Source: Armatimonadota bacterium
GTDB taxonomy: Bacteria > Armatimonadota > UBA5829
NCBI GenBank assembly: GCA_050948905.1
Contig: JBMNES010000001.1
Span: 2,592,083 to 2,656,082 of the forward strand
DNA: 64,000 nt
Direction of reading: 5' to 3'
The notes below the pieces were generated by a model. It had not been told where the DNA came from and did not search any database. It saw only the letters and a program-made list of their open reading frames with translations. Position numbers and translations under genes: made by a program. Of this stretch, positions 1 through 9,127 are shown piece by piece (position 1 is the first letter of the stretch; every line of letters starts with the position of its first letter).

Positions 1-471
1 AGCGACAAACGACCTCAAAATTGGGATTTTCTGTATTCTCTCGGACTTGCCCATATTCAAGTTGGCCTCATAAAGCCATCTGCGGGGTTCCGGCAGATAA
101 AGGGCGCTGGGTGTCTTCAAATAGCGGCCAATCTGGCTCACTACCATATATGCGCACGCGTTGACCAGCACAACATCAAATGTGCCGTCGTCGATCTCTC
201 TTGCGCATTCTCTGCAGTGTGCATCAATAGCGCTGGCCCTGCGCTTCATTTCTATCCGATAAGACAACTTGCCAAGCGCCGAGCTCCAGTCTTTAACCGG
301 AATGACGTGTTCACGCACCCCCACATCACTCAAAGGCAGATACCCGTCCTGAGAAAACGGCGTACACCACGATTCCACGTGATGCCCTCGCTCCACCAGG
401 CCCTTGACCTGGTGATACAAGGCTCGTTTAGCGCCCCCGCTTGCGACGTTATACCATACAGCGATTCGCAT
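1..471 (-). CDS. glycosyltransferase family 4, N-terminal part only (gene continues past the window edge)
   Basis: Minus-strand reading frame with ATG at 471..469, 2 nt after the TAA stop of the upstream GT gene; translation MRIAVWYNVASGGAKRALYHQVKGLVERGHHVESWC... fits the GT4 N-terminal domain pattern; absent from ORF track because it has no stop inside the window. Confidence 0.55.
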   Translation of the reverse strand, partial: MRIAVWYNVASGGAKRALYHQVKGLVERGHHVESWCTPFSQDGYLPLSDVGVREHVIPVKDWSSALGKLSYRIEMKRRASAIDAHCRECAREIDDGTFDVVLVNACAYMVVSQIGRYLKTPSALYLPEPRRWLYEANLNMGKSERIQKIPILRSFVA

Positions 472-473
472 CT

Positions 474-1658
474 TTACTCTTCCCTTGCAAGCTGTATAGC
501 CAGGTTGACAAGGGTGCGTCCAGGGTTGGGGTCGATTCTCTTTGCAGCAAACTCGTGTGCCGCAAGTCCCATAGCCTCCCAGTTATCTTTAGCCTGCCAG
601 GCCCGTTCCATAGCAGCGCCTATTGAAGAAGTAGTCGTCGCATCCGCCACAAACGCCGTCTCCGGCTCAATCGCCCACTCTATCACGCCCCCAACATCCG
701 TCACAACAGCCGGCCGGCCACACAGCATGGCTTCGACTAATGCCAGAGGCGCGCTCTCACTTCTGGAGGGTAACACCAGCACATGGGCTTTCTCCCATAC
801 TTTGCGAATGTTGTTTGTGTAACCGGCGAAGATAACTTTATCAGCGATCTGATAGTAATCTGCCAATTCTTTTAGATATTGCTCATCAAAACCGTCACCA
901 TACAACGACAACTCCCATCGTCTCTGCCGCCATTGCTCAGCTCCCAGTGCCTCAAATAAAATATCTAATCCTTTACTAGTACAATCAAGACGTCCACTAA
1001 ATGCAAATTTGGCCACGTCACAAGGAGGTAGAGGGAGCGACGAAAAATCATTAATGTTTACTGGGTTTCTGACAATAGCGGGATTGGGCATTGCGCACGC
1101 AAGATGTCTTTCAACTATGCGTTGTGTTCCTTTTGAAACAAACAAAGCTGCCTTGGCATTTGATTGTATCTGTCTGGTCACTTTTCGAGCTTCATCACTC
1201 GGCAGTTGAAAGTCAAGAGCTGCGTGGACTATCGTAACATACGTTGTATTATATTTGCTTAGTTCTTCGGCAAGATTAGGCAGATAATAACAGTCATAAA
1301 CCACGCTCAAATTGACAATAATGACATCAGGCTTCCACTCAAACAATGGCCTCAGCTCCGATGACGCGCTTCTCCACATCTCCGCTACGGCTCTAAACGG
1401 AGAAAAGCCGGAGTTTTTGAGGCGTTTTATCAACCAGTTTCTTAGTCGCCAGTAGAAGTTTCTTTGCTGCCTGCGCCAGAACAGCTTTGCTCCAGCTTTG
1501 GCCGCGTGCTCTGTGCGATTAACCGTCGCAGGCCCTCTCGACAGGCATATACCGACCTCATGACCATCCTCCAGGGCATCTTCCGCCGCTGCCAACCACA
1601 GCGGATCACATCCACCCCAAATTCCTTGCTCCAATGTCGATATTATGCCGATTTTCAA
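474..1658 (-). CDS. glycosyltransferase family 4 (GT1-fold, retaining)
   Basis: 394-aa ORF; C-terminal half has the GT4 donor-binding signature (...SRSESAPLALVEAMLCGRPAVVTDVGG...); sits in GT array. Confidence 0.8.
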   Translation of the reverse strand: MKIGIISTLEQGIWGGCDPLWLAAAEDALEDGHEVGICLSRGPATVNRTEHAAKAGAKLFWRRQQRNFYWRLRNWLIKRLKNSGFSPFRAVAEMWRSASSELRPLFEWKPDVIIVNLSVVYDCYYLPNLAEELSKYNTTYVTIVHAALDFQLPSDEARKVTRQIQSNAKAALFVSKGTQRIVERHLACAMPNPAIVRNPVNINDFSSLPLPPCDVAKFAFSGRLDCTSKGLDILFEALGAEQWRQRRWELSLYGDGFDEQYLKELADYYQIADKVIFAGYTNNIRKVWEKAHVLVLPSRSESAPLALVEAMLCGRPAVVTDVGGVIEWAIEPETAFVADATTTSSIGAAMERAWQAKDNWEAMGLAAHEFAAKRIDPNPGRTLVNLAIQLAREE

Positions 1659-1671
1659 AGACTCACTTCTC

Positions 1672-2880
1672 CTATTTTAACAGTGCCTGTAGATAATCAG
1701 ATATCTCACGCTCTCTTTTCGCTGGCGCATCGTCTTTAGAGAACCCTACAGCCGCCAGCAACGAACGTATTGCCGTGCTAAGCATTCCACGATTCAGCCC
1801 CCGCAGTCCGCCACATCTTACCGCCCTAAATGCCGCGTTCGCAGCCTGCAAATGCCGCTGCCGGGCGCGAAGTGCGTGTGCCGCCAACTGCCAAAATGCA
1901 GTCAGCCAATCACCGGTAGACTCTCTGCCGCCCAAAGAATTGATCTGAGCGACTCTTTTCCTAAGTTCCTTCGCACGAATACTATATTCAACAAATGAGT
2001 AGTCCCCTGCTAATGCCGCGCCTACAAAAGCATCCCTGAGCGCTGTTTTATCGCCAAGCGATGTCGCCAAATCAAGAGCCGCCACAGTCCAATCCTCGGC
2101 TTCAAATATGTTTTGAGCAGCAGCTTTTGCCGCGTGAGTTGCATAAGAGTACATCTCGGCTTGCTGCCTCCTGATGGGAGTCATTGAACCACAGTGTTTT
2201 TCAATTATCTTCATATCACCAGCGAGAGTGCTGACAGGGTTGCTCGTTCTGCACCCGGGGTGGACTCTATATATCCCCACAGGCTCGTTCACCAGGCAAA
2301 ATGAGGTCAGTGCGCTGAGCCTTATCCACAAGTCCCAGTCTTCGCCGTGCGGAAGCGCTGGGTCGAAGCCGCCAGTTTTCTCTACGAGTGACCTGTGAAC
2401 AACAACCCCTTGAGATGCGAAAATATTTCTGGTCAGCAATGTGTCACGCACATCGCAGCATCGCACTTCTTTGTCAGAAACCAGCAATTCCTGAGGGTGC
2501 AAAAACTCTAAATTCGGCCCCATTCTAAGACATCGTCCGTGCGAAGCGCCTGCCTCAGGGTGTTGCTCTATAGCTGCCAGTTGAAGTTCCAGCTTTTTCG
2601 GCAGCCACAAGTCGTCTGAATCCAGAAATGCTAAATACTCACCCTCTGCCGCAGCAATTCCAGTGTTGCGAGCAACACACCGCTGCTGATTGGTCTGCCA
2701 GATATATTTAATCCGCACATCGCCTATGCTTTCGATAACAGATTTAGTGTCATCTGTCGAGCCATCATCGACGATGATCAATTCAAAGTCTTCATAAGTC
2801 TGAGCAAGCACGCTGGCAATGGCCTGCTTAAGCAACTCCGCCCGGTTATAGGTTGGTACAATGACGCTTACTTTTGGCAT
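1672..2880 (-). CDS. glycosyltransferase family 2 with C-terminal extension
   Basis: ORF 1672..2934; likely start at internal Met giving MPKVSVIVPTYNRAELLKQAIASVLAQTYEDFELIIVDDGSTDDT (classic GT2 N-terminus, DxD region); start 2880 leaves a 2-nt gap to the upstream stop. Confidence 0.8.
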   Translation of the reverse strand: MPKVSVIVPTYNRAELLKQAIASVLAQTYEDFELIIVDDGSTDDTKSVIESIGDVRIKYIWQTNQQRCVARNTGIAAAEGEYLAFLDSDDLWLPKKLELQLAAIEQHPEAGASHGRCLRMGPNLEFLHPQELLVSDKEVRCCDVRDTLLTRNIFASQGVVVHRSLVEKTGGFDPALPHGEDWDLWIRLSALTSFCLVNEPVGIYRVHPGCRTSNPVSTLAGDMKIIEKHCGSMTPIRRQQAEMYSYATHAAKAAAQNIFEAEDWTVAALDLATSLGDKTALRDAFVGAALAGDYSFVEYSIRAKELRKRVAQINSLGGRESTGDWLTAFWQLAAHALRARQRHLQAANAAFRAVRCGGLRGLNRGMLSTAIRSLLAAVGFSKDDAPAKREREISDYLQALLK

Positions 2881-2882
2881 AG

Positions 2883-4016
2883 CTAATTGTATTTCCGCCG
2901 GGAAAGCGCACTTCTGCAAGAGCAAGCCAAACATATTGCTCTTTTGTAAACAGTATCGATAAGACTGGATTGGAGGCTCTTGGAGTTTAATAATTCACTA
3001 TACAGCGCAAGATAAGTTTCGGCCATAATATCCGCTGAGTACCGAGCTTGCACGCGAGTAATTCCGTTTTGCGACAACTGCGCGTGATATTCGCCATCTG
3101 TTATTACAGACCTTACCAAGTTTGCAACCTCATCCACACCTGCTCGACGATCAAAAAGAACACCATTCACCCCGATATCAATCATCTCCGGGATTCCGCC
3201 GACAGATGATGCCACGCTAGGACAGCCGCAAGCCATCGCCTCAAGGATACTCATGGGAAATCCTTCCGAGTAGGATGTAGAAAGAAGACAACCTCCTGAG
3301 TTTGCGACTGTGCTATACAATTCTGGCATTTGCCTAGGCGGCACATGATCAAGTATTTTAACTCGACCTTTGAGCCAGTCTCTTATTGTAAGGGATCTCG
3401 CGTCAATAGATGCACTTGCCACCCACAAATCAATTGGGTCATCGCGAAGCGCCATTGCGCACGCGACTAAACCGTAAAAATCTTTCATAGGATCGTGGGT
3501 TCTGCCAACCCACAGGACAATAGGCTTATCGTGACCCTGTGGATTACAGGGCTTAAACTTGGTTGTATCAATGCCATTATAGATGACGCGAATAGGAACA
3601 TCGACTTTGTCTTCTATTCGTTTTGCCACTGCAGATGATACTGCAGTATAGGCGTCAACACTTTTGAATGTCGGCTCGGCTTGAAATGCGCCGTGACAAG
3701 TCAAAACTAAAGCGCCTTTGAACCTAGCCTTGGCGGCTGATCTCAGCAGTCCACAGTTTGTAGTCAAAGTCACAGCATGCAATACATCGAAATTTTGGCG
3801 ACACAACAGCTCTGCCAATCCAATGTCTCTGTTGAAGTACAACCTGTCTTCTGGAAAATCGCCAAATAATTCCGCCGATCCGCCATCGTAATACGAGTAA
3901 ATACTTGTATCAAAACCACGCGCAAGATACTGATCGGCGAGCAAACGCTGAACCATCTCAGCCCCACCCATAGCTACTGTCGGCGTGACTAATAATATTG
4001 AAAGATTCCTCTTCAA
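2883..4016 (-). CDS. glycosyltransferase family 4
   Basis: ORF 2883..4046 (GTG at 4046 would overlap the upstream gene by 34 nt and has no SD); in-frame TTG at 4016 is preceded by AAGAGG-6nt and forms a TTGA start/stop overlap with the upstream gene; product ...LSILLVTPTVAMGGAEM... and C-terminal EGFPMSILEAMACGCPSVASSVGG GT4 motif. Confidence 0.75.
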   Translation of the reverse strand: MKRNLSILLVTPTVAMGGAEMVQRLLADQYLARGFDTSIYSYYDGGSAELFGDFPEDRLYFNRDIGLAELLCRQNFDVLHAVTLTTNCGLLRSAAKARFKGALVLTCHGAFQAEPTFKSVDAYTAVSSAVAKRIEDKVDVPIRVIYNGIDTTKFKPCNPQGHDKPIVLWVGRTHDPMKDFYGLVACAMALRDDPIDLWVASASIDARSLTIRDWLKGRVKILDHVPPRQMPELYSTVANSGGCLLSTSYSEGFPMSILEAMACGCPSVASSVGGIPEMIDIGVNGVLFDRRAGVDEVANLVRSVITDGEYHAQLSQNGITRVQARYSADIMAETYLALYSELLNSKSLQSSLIDTVYKRAICLACSCRSALSRRKYN

Positions 4017-5104
4017 AGTGAACCTCTTTTGCACAAACCCAGGCACTTGGCGGTTTTAAAAAAGAAATATCGCAACGCAGGTGCATAGTGTTTGCGCTTC
4101 TGTTTTGTCGAAAGCGCAATCTCGTATACGCGCTTATAGTTATCCCACATACGCGAAGCAGAAAAATGTTCTTTTATATGTTTAATAGCATTTTCCGAGA
4201 TGAGGTCATAATTCTCTGGTTTTCGAATCCAATTCAGTGCTTCTATGAGGCCTGCTGTTCCGCGCGATCTCTCGTATAAATAGCCAGTGTTTTTATGTTG
4301 CACGACTTCTCCGATGCCACCTACTTTAGGAGCCACCACAGGGCATCCGCAGGCGCCCGCCTCTATCAGACTGAGTCCAAACGATTCGAGTCTCGACGTA
4401 GATAAGACTATTCCCCGACTGCTCCGAACGTCTCTGTAAAACTTTGGCATTTCTCGCCAAGGCTTACGTCGCAATACCACTGCTTCTTTCGGCAGCCAAT
4501 TAGCATACTCGTATTCCTCTGGTGCTCCGTCAACTACGATAAAGTTATAGTTGCCTGCTTCTGGAGTGTTCGCCAACGCAATCACGCCATCAAAGTCCTT
4601 AAGCACGTCGGTGTATCTGCCGATCCATGCAATTATGGGCTTACTAGCAGTGATCTCAGCCTCCTTAGGACTGAAAGTATTGACGTCAATGCCATTTGGT
4701 ATTACCTCAACAGGTTGTGAGACCTTAGGCTGTATGCTTGACGCCGTATATTTCGATACTGCTGTTATACAGTCACTGACTAGGCCACCAGTAAATGTCC
4801 CGTGGCACGACTCGATAACTGCTCCATTAAAACCTGCTCTCTTCAAACATATTTGTGTATTTTTTGCAGCCCCTGATATCACGTGAACCAGGTCATACCC
4901 GTTGGACATCAACAACTCTGTCAATGAATGATGATTTGCAAAATACACCGGGCAAATGCCTTTAAAGTGCTCAGATCCTCCGCAGTCTGCAAAGAAGAAC
5001 GCGTCCGCCTCAACGCCATCTTGGCGTTGTAGTTGAATAAGGGTTGCCATTACGGTTTCAGTGCCGCCATGACCACAGACTGAACCGATATGCAGAATTT
5101 TCAT
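4013..5104 (-). CDS. glycosyltransferase family 4
   Basis: 363 aa; MKILHIGSVCGHGGTETVMATL N-terminus and ESFGLSLIEAGACGCPVVAPKVGG motif; ATGA overlap with downstream start at 5101..5104. Confidence 0.8.
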   Translation of the reverse strand: MKILHIGSVCGHGGTETVMATLIQLQRQDGVEADAFFFADCGGSEHFKGICPVYFANHHSLTELLMSNGYDLVHVISGAAKNTQICLKRAGFNGAVIESCHGTFTGGLVSDCITAVSKYTASSIQPKVSQPVEVIPNGIDVNTFSPKEAEITASKPIIAWIGRYTDVLKDFDGVIALANTPEAGNYNFIVVDGAPEEYEYANWLPKEAVVLRRKPWREMPKFYRDVRSSRGIVLSTSRLESFGLSLIEAGACGCPVVAPKVGGIGEVVQHKNTGYLYERSRGTAGLIEALNWIRKPENYDLISENAIKHIKEHFSASRMWDNYKRVYEIALSTKQKRKHYAPALRYFFFKTAKCLGLCKRGSL

Positions 5105-6609
5105 TGACTCGTTTCCTCAGTAAGTATCGACTGGGGTTGTTTGCGTAGCGATATACAGACTATAGCAACGATATACGGGATTAACGTTATGGCATAACGT
5201 TGTGCACACTCGAACAGTAGACTGGCGAACAAAACTAATGCTAAGCACCAATACAACCAGTGAATGGATCGACGCCCGACAAACACATGCCTTAGCACGT
5301 CCAAACGAGGTTTGATCAACAATAGGAGCATCCATCCACCAAACAGATTTATAACAGAAATCGACATTCTAATTTGCGGATAGGAAAGCTTGGCTGCTCC
5401 TGGTATAGATAAATACTTGACAGGCCAAACGAGCAGGCCACCCAGCATCTTCCCTGTGCGATAAGGAAAAGATTCTACAAACACCCACGGGTGACGAAAT
5501 ATTGCAGACAGCCCTCGTCGAAACCCAATTTTATTCCTAACCAGCGGGTCCGCAACATCTTTTCTCAGTTGTGAATAATGCGATACTGTATAACTTCCCT
5601 GCTGCTCAAACGCTGAACTGGAATTGGCTGAGTAGAAGACCTCACCGCCATTATAAGATATCGGCAATAATTCACCGAGAACTATATAGTTTCTAATCGT
5701 CCAGGGCAAGACTACTATTGTAAAACCAAGCGACAATACTACTACGACCACACTAGCAGCTTTCACACGTCTTGCAAAAGTGAGGTCAAGCCCGACGTTT
5801 AGCACTGCTGCGCTGAAAAAACCTAATAGTTGAATCACAAGCACGGGTCGAAACAAAGCAGCAAGCGCTGTACAACAGCCGGCGGCAAACCACTTCCATA
5901 ATCCCAAGCGGCCGGAAGCCTTAGTATCCGAAAGCAACAGAGCCAATGCCACTAATTGTAGGGCGCAGGCGGGTAATTCAGACAAGCCGACCATCATAAA
6001 CATCGCAATAAGAGGCACTAAGCATAGAATAGTCGCTACCCCTACAATTCTTGAAATTGTGATTCCATTGCAGATTGTTGCCAAAGCAGTTACGAATATC
6101 ACGAGTGATAAGGTATTAACGAATAGAACTGCGCCATTTGCTGATAATCCAAACCTGAGCGGCAAAGCTAGTGCAAACGCCATACCTGGCGGCCGCCACG
6201 CGTCCAAAGTCATCAATCCAGATATGCCGTGTTTGGCAAGATATGTTCCCAGCTTCACATAAGCATGATAGTCGCTGATCTGCTTGAGAAGTAGAAACCT
6301 CTGTAAAAAACCTGCGATTGGAACCGCCACCAAAAGGCCAATAACGGGCTTGATCAATGCAATTGCCGAGTTTAGCGAGCTCCATCGAGCTATTGCTTTT
6401 TTAATCAATGCGTAAACGAATAACACAGCAAGAGCCGCGAACAAAGTGTCATATGGCCCACAATAATAATCCCAGTGAAACGGTAGCAAGCGGGGCAAGA
6501 ATGGCCCTATCGCAAAAAGAATGAGAGTTGATACAAATATGAGCCACAAAACACGCTCGACAATAGTCATCTGCAGTTTTTCTTCTCTGCTCATATCATC
6601 ACTCATCAC
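5101..6609 (-). CDS. polytopic (about 12 TM) membrane protein, putative O-antigen polymerase/ligase-like or GT-C glycosyltransferase
   Basis: 502 aa, almost entirely hydrophobic helices with short loops; located between GT4 genes and pyruvyltransferase in a polysaccharide cluster; no soluble catalytic domain recognisable by eye. Confidence 0.45.
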   Translation of the reverse strand: MMSDDMSREEKLQMTIVERVLWLIFVSTLILFAIGPFLPRLLPFHWDYYCGPYDTLFAALAVLFVYALIKKAIARWSSLNSAIALIKPVIGLLVAVPIAGFLQRFLLLKQISDYHAYVKLGTYLAKHGISGLMTLDAWRPPGMAFALALPLRFGLSANGAVLFVNTLSLVIFVTALATICNGITISRIVGVATILCLVPLIAMFMMVGLSELPACALQLVALALLLSDTKASGRLGLWKWFAAGCCTALAALFRPVLVIQLLGFFSAAVLNVGLDLTFARRVKAASVVVVVLSLGFTIVVLPWTIRNYIVLGELLPISYNGGEVFYSANSSSAFEQQGSYTVSHYSQLRKDVADPLVRNKIGFRRGLSAIFRHPWVFVESFPYRTGKMLGGLLVWPVKYLSIPGAAKLSYPQIRMSISVINLFGGWMLLLLIKPRLDVLRHVFVGRRSIHWLYWCLALVLFASLLFECAQRYAITLIPYIVAIVCISLRKQPQSILTEETSQ

Positions 6610-6617
6610 TGGTGCGT

Positions 6618-7838
6618 TTACAGAACCTCTATTAAATGATCCGCTGCTTTCTGGGCACGCTGTTGCGATTGGCGGACAGGTTCTTCAAGGTCGCGTCTTA
6701 TCTGGTGGCGCATAGCACTCATTAACTTCACTTTTTCTACAAGCATCTCGGGTGTAAGTTGATGGATGGGAATGCACCAATCAGTATGGCCATATATATC
6801 CTGGTTTATACCTGCAGATTTTATGCTGTAGCCAATAGATATTGTCGGCACCAAAGATGATATTGCGGCTATGGTACTGTGGGTTCGCGCGCCGACAAAC
6901 AATGGCAGTTTTGATATGACCCATTTGTATTCTGCGGCATTCATATCATAGGGCAGTATATTAACTCTGCTGCCCCATTGTGGCAAATCGCGACCGACTT
7001 GCAGCATAAATTCGTAGTCGTTGCCGCCATCTACTGTCACGTGTGGCACGAGCAGTATTCTTTCTACGCCTGAATCTAGCAATGCTTTGATGCACTCTGT
7101 GGCCGTCTCTTTCCAGGGATCTGCTCTGAAACGACCGACTATAGGGCTAAGATTGAGGCCGATTGGCGAATTTGCCCAAAATTCCTTCATCTCTGGGGCC
7201 ACGCTCGGCTCAACCGGCTTGAGGAAAAATGCGGGGTCAGCAACTAATTTAACGTTTTCGGTGATACCGAAAGACGCCAGATATTCGACCGTCTTGCTTT
7301 CGCGGGCGAGAATAATGTCGAACTGCCTTAAGTGGCGCATCATTTTGTGCTCGTAAACTGCATCGCCATCTACCGGTGGCCCGATGCTTGCCCCCCACAG
7401 AACTAACGGCTTGCCAGTCTCTTTTAACATTCCATCTAGCAACATATGCTCACGAGGCATGCCGTGGTCCATAGAATAATTATCACCGCCGATTTGCAGC
7501 GCGCAGACGGACTGTTTGATGCCCTCGTACTGGGCGCGAAAGTGGAAATGACGATAATCCGTCGATCTTCTATGCAAAACCCGATAATTCCACCAGGCCA
7601 GGCTGTACTTCGCTGCTGGCATAGAACCGTGCGGACAGTGGACAATTCTATCATCTGTCTCGCGATGCGCGTCTCCAGCAGCATCATCTCCACCAAAGCT
7701 GCTCAATATAAATCTGGAATCATCAAAACGCTGGGACAGTATATGTGCAGTGCCGCGAACAATTGCCTCGCACCCGCGGTTGGAGTAAGGCCCATTGCCG
7801 ACTAAGAGAAATGACTGACTAGAAAACTTACACTTCAT
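6618..7838 (-). CDS. polysaccharide pyruvyl transferase (CsaB/WcaK family)
   Basis: 406 aa; N-terminal FLLVGNGPYSNRGCEAIVRGT matches the PS_pyruv_trans family start motif (ilLvGyyGsnNlGDEail.g). Confidence 0.7.
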   Translation of the reverse strand: MKCKFSSQSFLLVGNGPYSNRGCEAIVRGTAHILSQRFDDSRFILSSFGGDDAAGDAHRETDDRIVHCPHGSMPAAKYSLAWWNYRVLHRRSTDYRHFHFRAQYEGIKQSVCALQIGGDNYSMDHGMPREHMLLDGMLKETGKPLVLWGASIGPPVDGDAVYEHKMMRHLRQFDIILARESKTVEYLASFGITENVKLVADPAFFLKPVEPSVAPEMKEFWANSPIGLNLSPIVGRFRADPWKETATECIKALLDSGVERILLVPHVTVDGGNDYEFMLQVGRDLPQWGSRVNILPYDMNAAEYKWVISKLPLFVGARTHSTIAAISSLVPTISIGYSIKSAGINQDIYGHTDWCIPIHQLTPEMLVEKVKLMSAMRHQIRRDLEEPVRQSQQRAQKAADHLIEVL

Positions 7839-7891
7839 TTATTGAACACCAGTAGCGATCAATGAACAATATTATTGATATTTTATAACTA

Positions 7892-9103
7892 TCAACGATA
7901 AGTCCAATCGGCATTAAGCCACACGACACCAAACCTGGGAGCGCCGACGTCTTCTGCAGTTTTCGGAGGCACTACAGTAAGCTCTTCGGAAGTAAACCCG
8001 CTGTCATACATCATAACTCCATAGGCGTCTGCTATTCTCGCTACCAAAGTATATACATCTGGAACCAATGGTAAAGAACTTATCTTAACATCGTAGGAAC
8101 CAGCTCCCGATATATCTCGTCGGTCTCCTTCGAGAATGTTGCTGGTGTGTGCTAGTATTTTCCCCATTCCATCGGTCACAAATATCCCTATCCTCGGCGT
8201 AGCTATAAACTCGGTGGCTTCAAAGTGAATTCTGATATCCATAGGCTCGCCGGCTTCCGCCACCCACTCCACACCGTCCGTCAGATGCTCAAGCTTGGTC
8301 ACCCGGAGTGGTGTAATTGGTATTTCAGTTACATCTTCTCCCGGCCGGGTTTGCCGTATCAATGAGCGCTTGTGCTCGGCTATCAACTCGCGATAAGCTT
8401 TTACAGCACATTCGCCGTCAGATATTGTCTTAATTGAGCCGTGGTCGAGAACAGCCACCCTATCGCAAATGCTAGTCACAGCGCCCATATTATGCGAGAC
8501 GAACACAATGGTTTTCTCAGATGACCTCAGCTCACGCATGCGCTTTGTGCATCTCTCCTGAAACGCGGCATCTCCAACGCTGAGAACCTCATCGACAATC
8601 AAAACCTCAGGGTCTACGTGAGCAGCAACGGCAAACCCCAGGCGAGCATACATCCCGCTGCTATAACGCTTTACAGGGGTGTCTATAAACTTCTCAAGCT
8701 CTGCAAATGCCACGATCTCATCAAACTTGGAGGCTATCTCGCGCTGGGTCATGCCGAGAATTGATCCGTTGAGATATATATTTTCCCTGCCGGTCATCTC
8801 CGGATGAAATCCTGCTCCGACCTCTATAAGAGCCGATACACGCCCCCTGGTGCGGATGCGGCCTTTGGTGGGGTTCATAATCCGGGTCAGCAGCTTCAAC
8901 ATCGTGCTTTTGCCTGCGCCGTTGTGCCCGATGATGCCGATGGCCTCGCCTTGCTTTACCTCAAATGATATGTCCTTGAGCGCCCAGAAGTCCTCTCGTA
9001 CGCGACGTCGCAGCATTCCGCGAGTCAGGTCCGCCAAGTTTTTTGGCCTGTCGTGAGCCAGTATAAACTTTTTCGATACGTTCTCCACCGAAATGGCATT
9101 CAT
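7892..9103 (-). CDS. wzt: ABC transporter ATP-binding protein Wzt/TagH type with C-terminal carbohydrate-binding extension
   Basis: 403 aa; Walker A GHNGAGKST, signature YSSGMYARLGFA, Walker B LIVDEVLSVGD; about 160-aa C-terminal beta-rich domain typical of Wzt O-polysaccharide-binding domains. Confidence 0.85.
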   Translation of the reverse strand: MNAISVENVSKKFILAHDRPKNLADLTRGMLRRRVREDFWALKDISFEVKQGEAIGIIGHNGAGKSTMLKLLTRIMNPTKGRIRTRGRVSALIEVGAGFHPEMTGRENIYLNGSILGMTQREIASKFDEIVAFAELEKFIDTPVKRYSSGMYARLGFAVAAHVDPEVLIVDEVLSVGDAAFQERCTKRMRELRSSEKTIVFVSHNMGAVTSICDRVAVLDHGSIKTISDGECAVKAYRELIAEHKRSLIRQTRPGEDVTEIPITPLRVTKLEHLTDGVEWVAEAGEPMDIRIHFEATEFIATPRIGIFVTDGMGKILAHTSNILEGDRRDISGAGSYDVKISSLPLVPDVYTLVARIADAYGVMMYDSGFTSEELTVVPPKTAEDVGAPRFGVVWLNADWTYR

Positions 9104-9127
9104 TATCTCAACACAACCCCACTACAA

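Noticed and set aside
217-822. 201-aa plus-strand ORF at window start
   Set aside because: Overlaps two minus-strand GT4 genes (1..471 and 474..1658) that have clear family signatures
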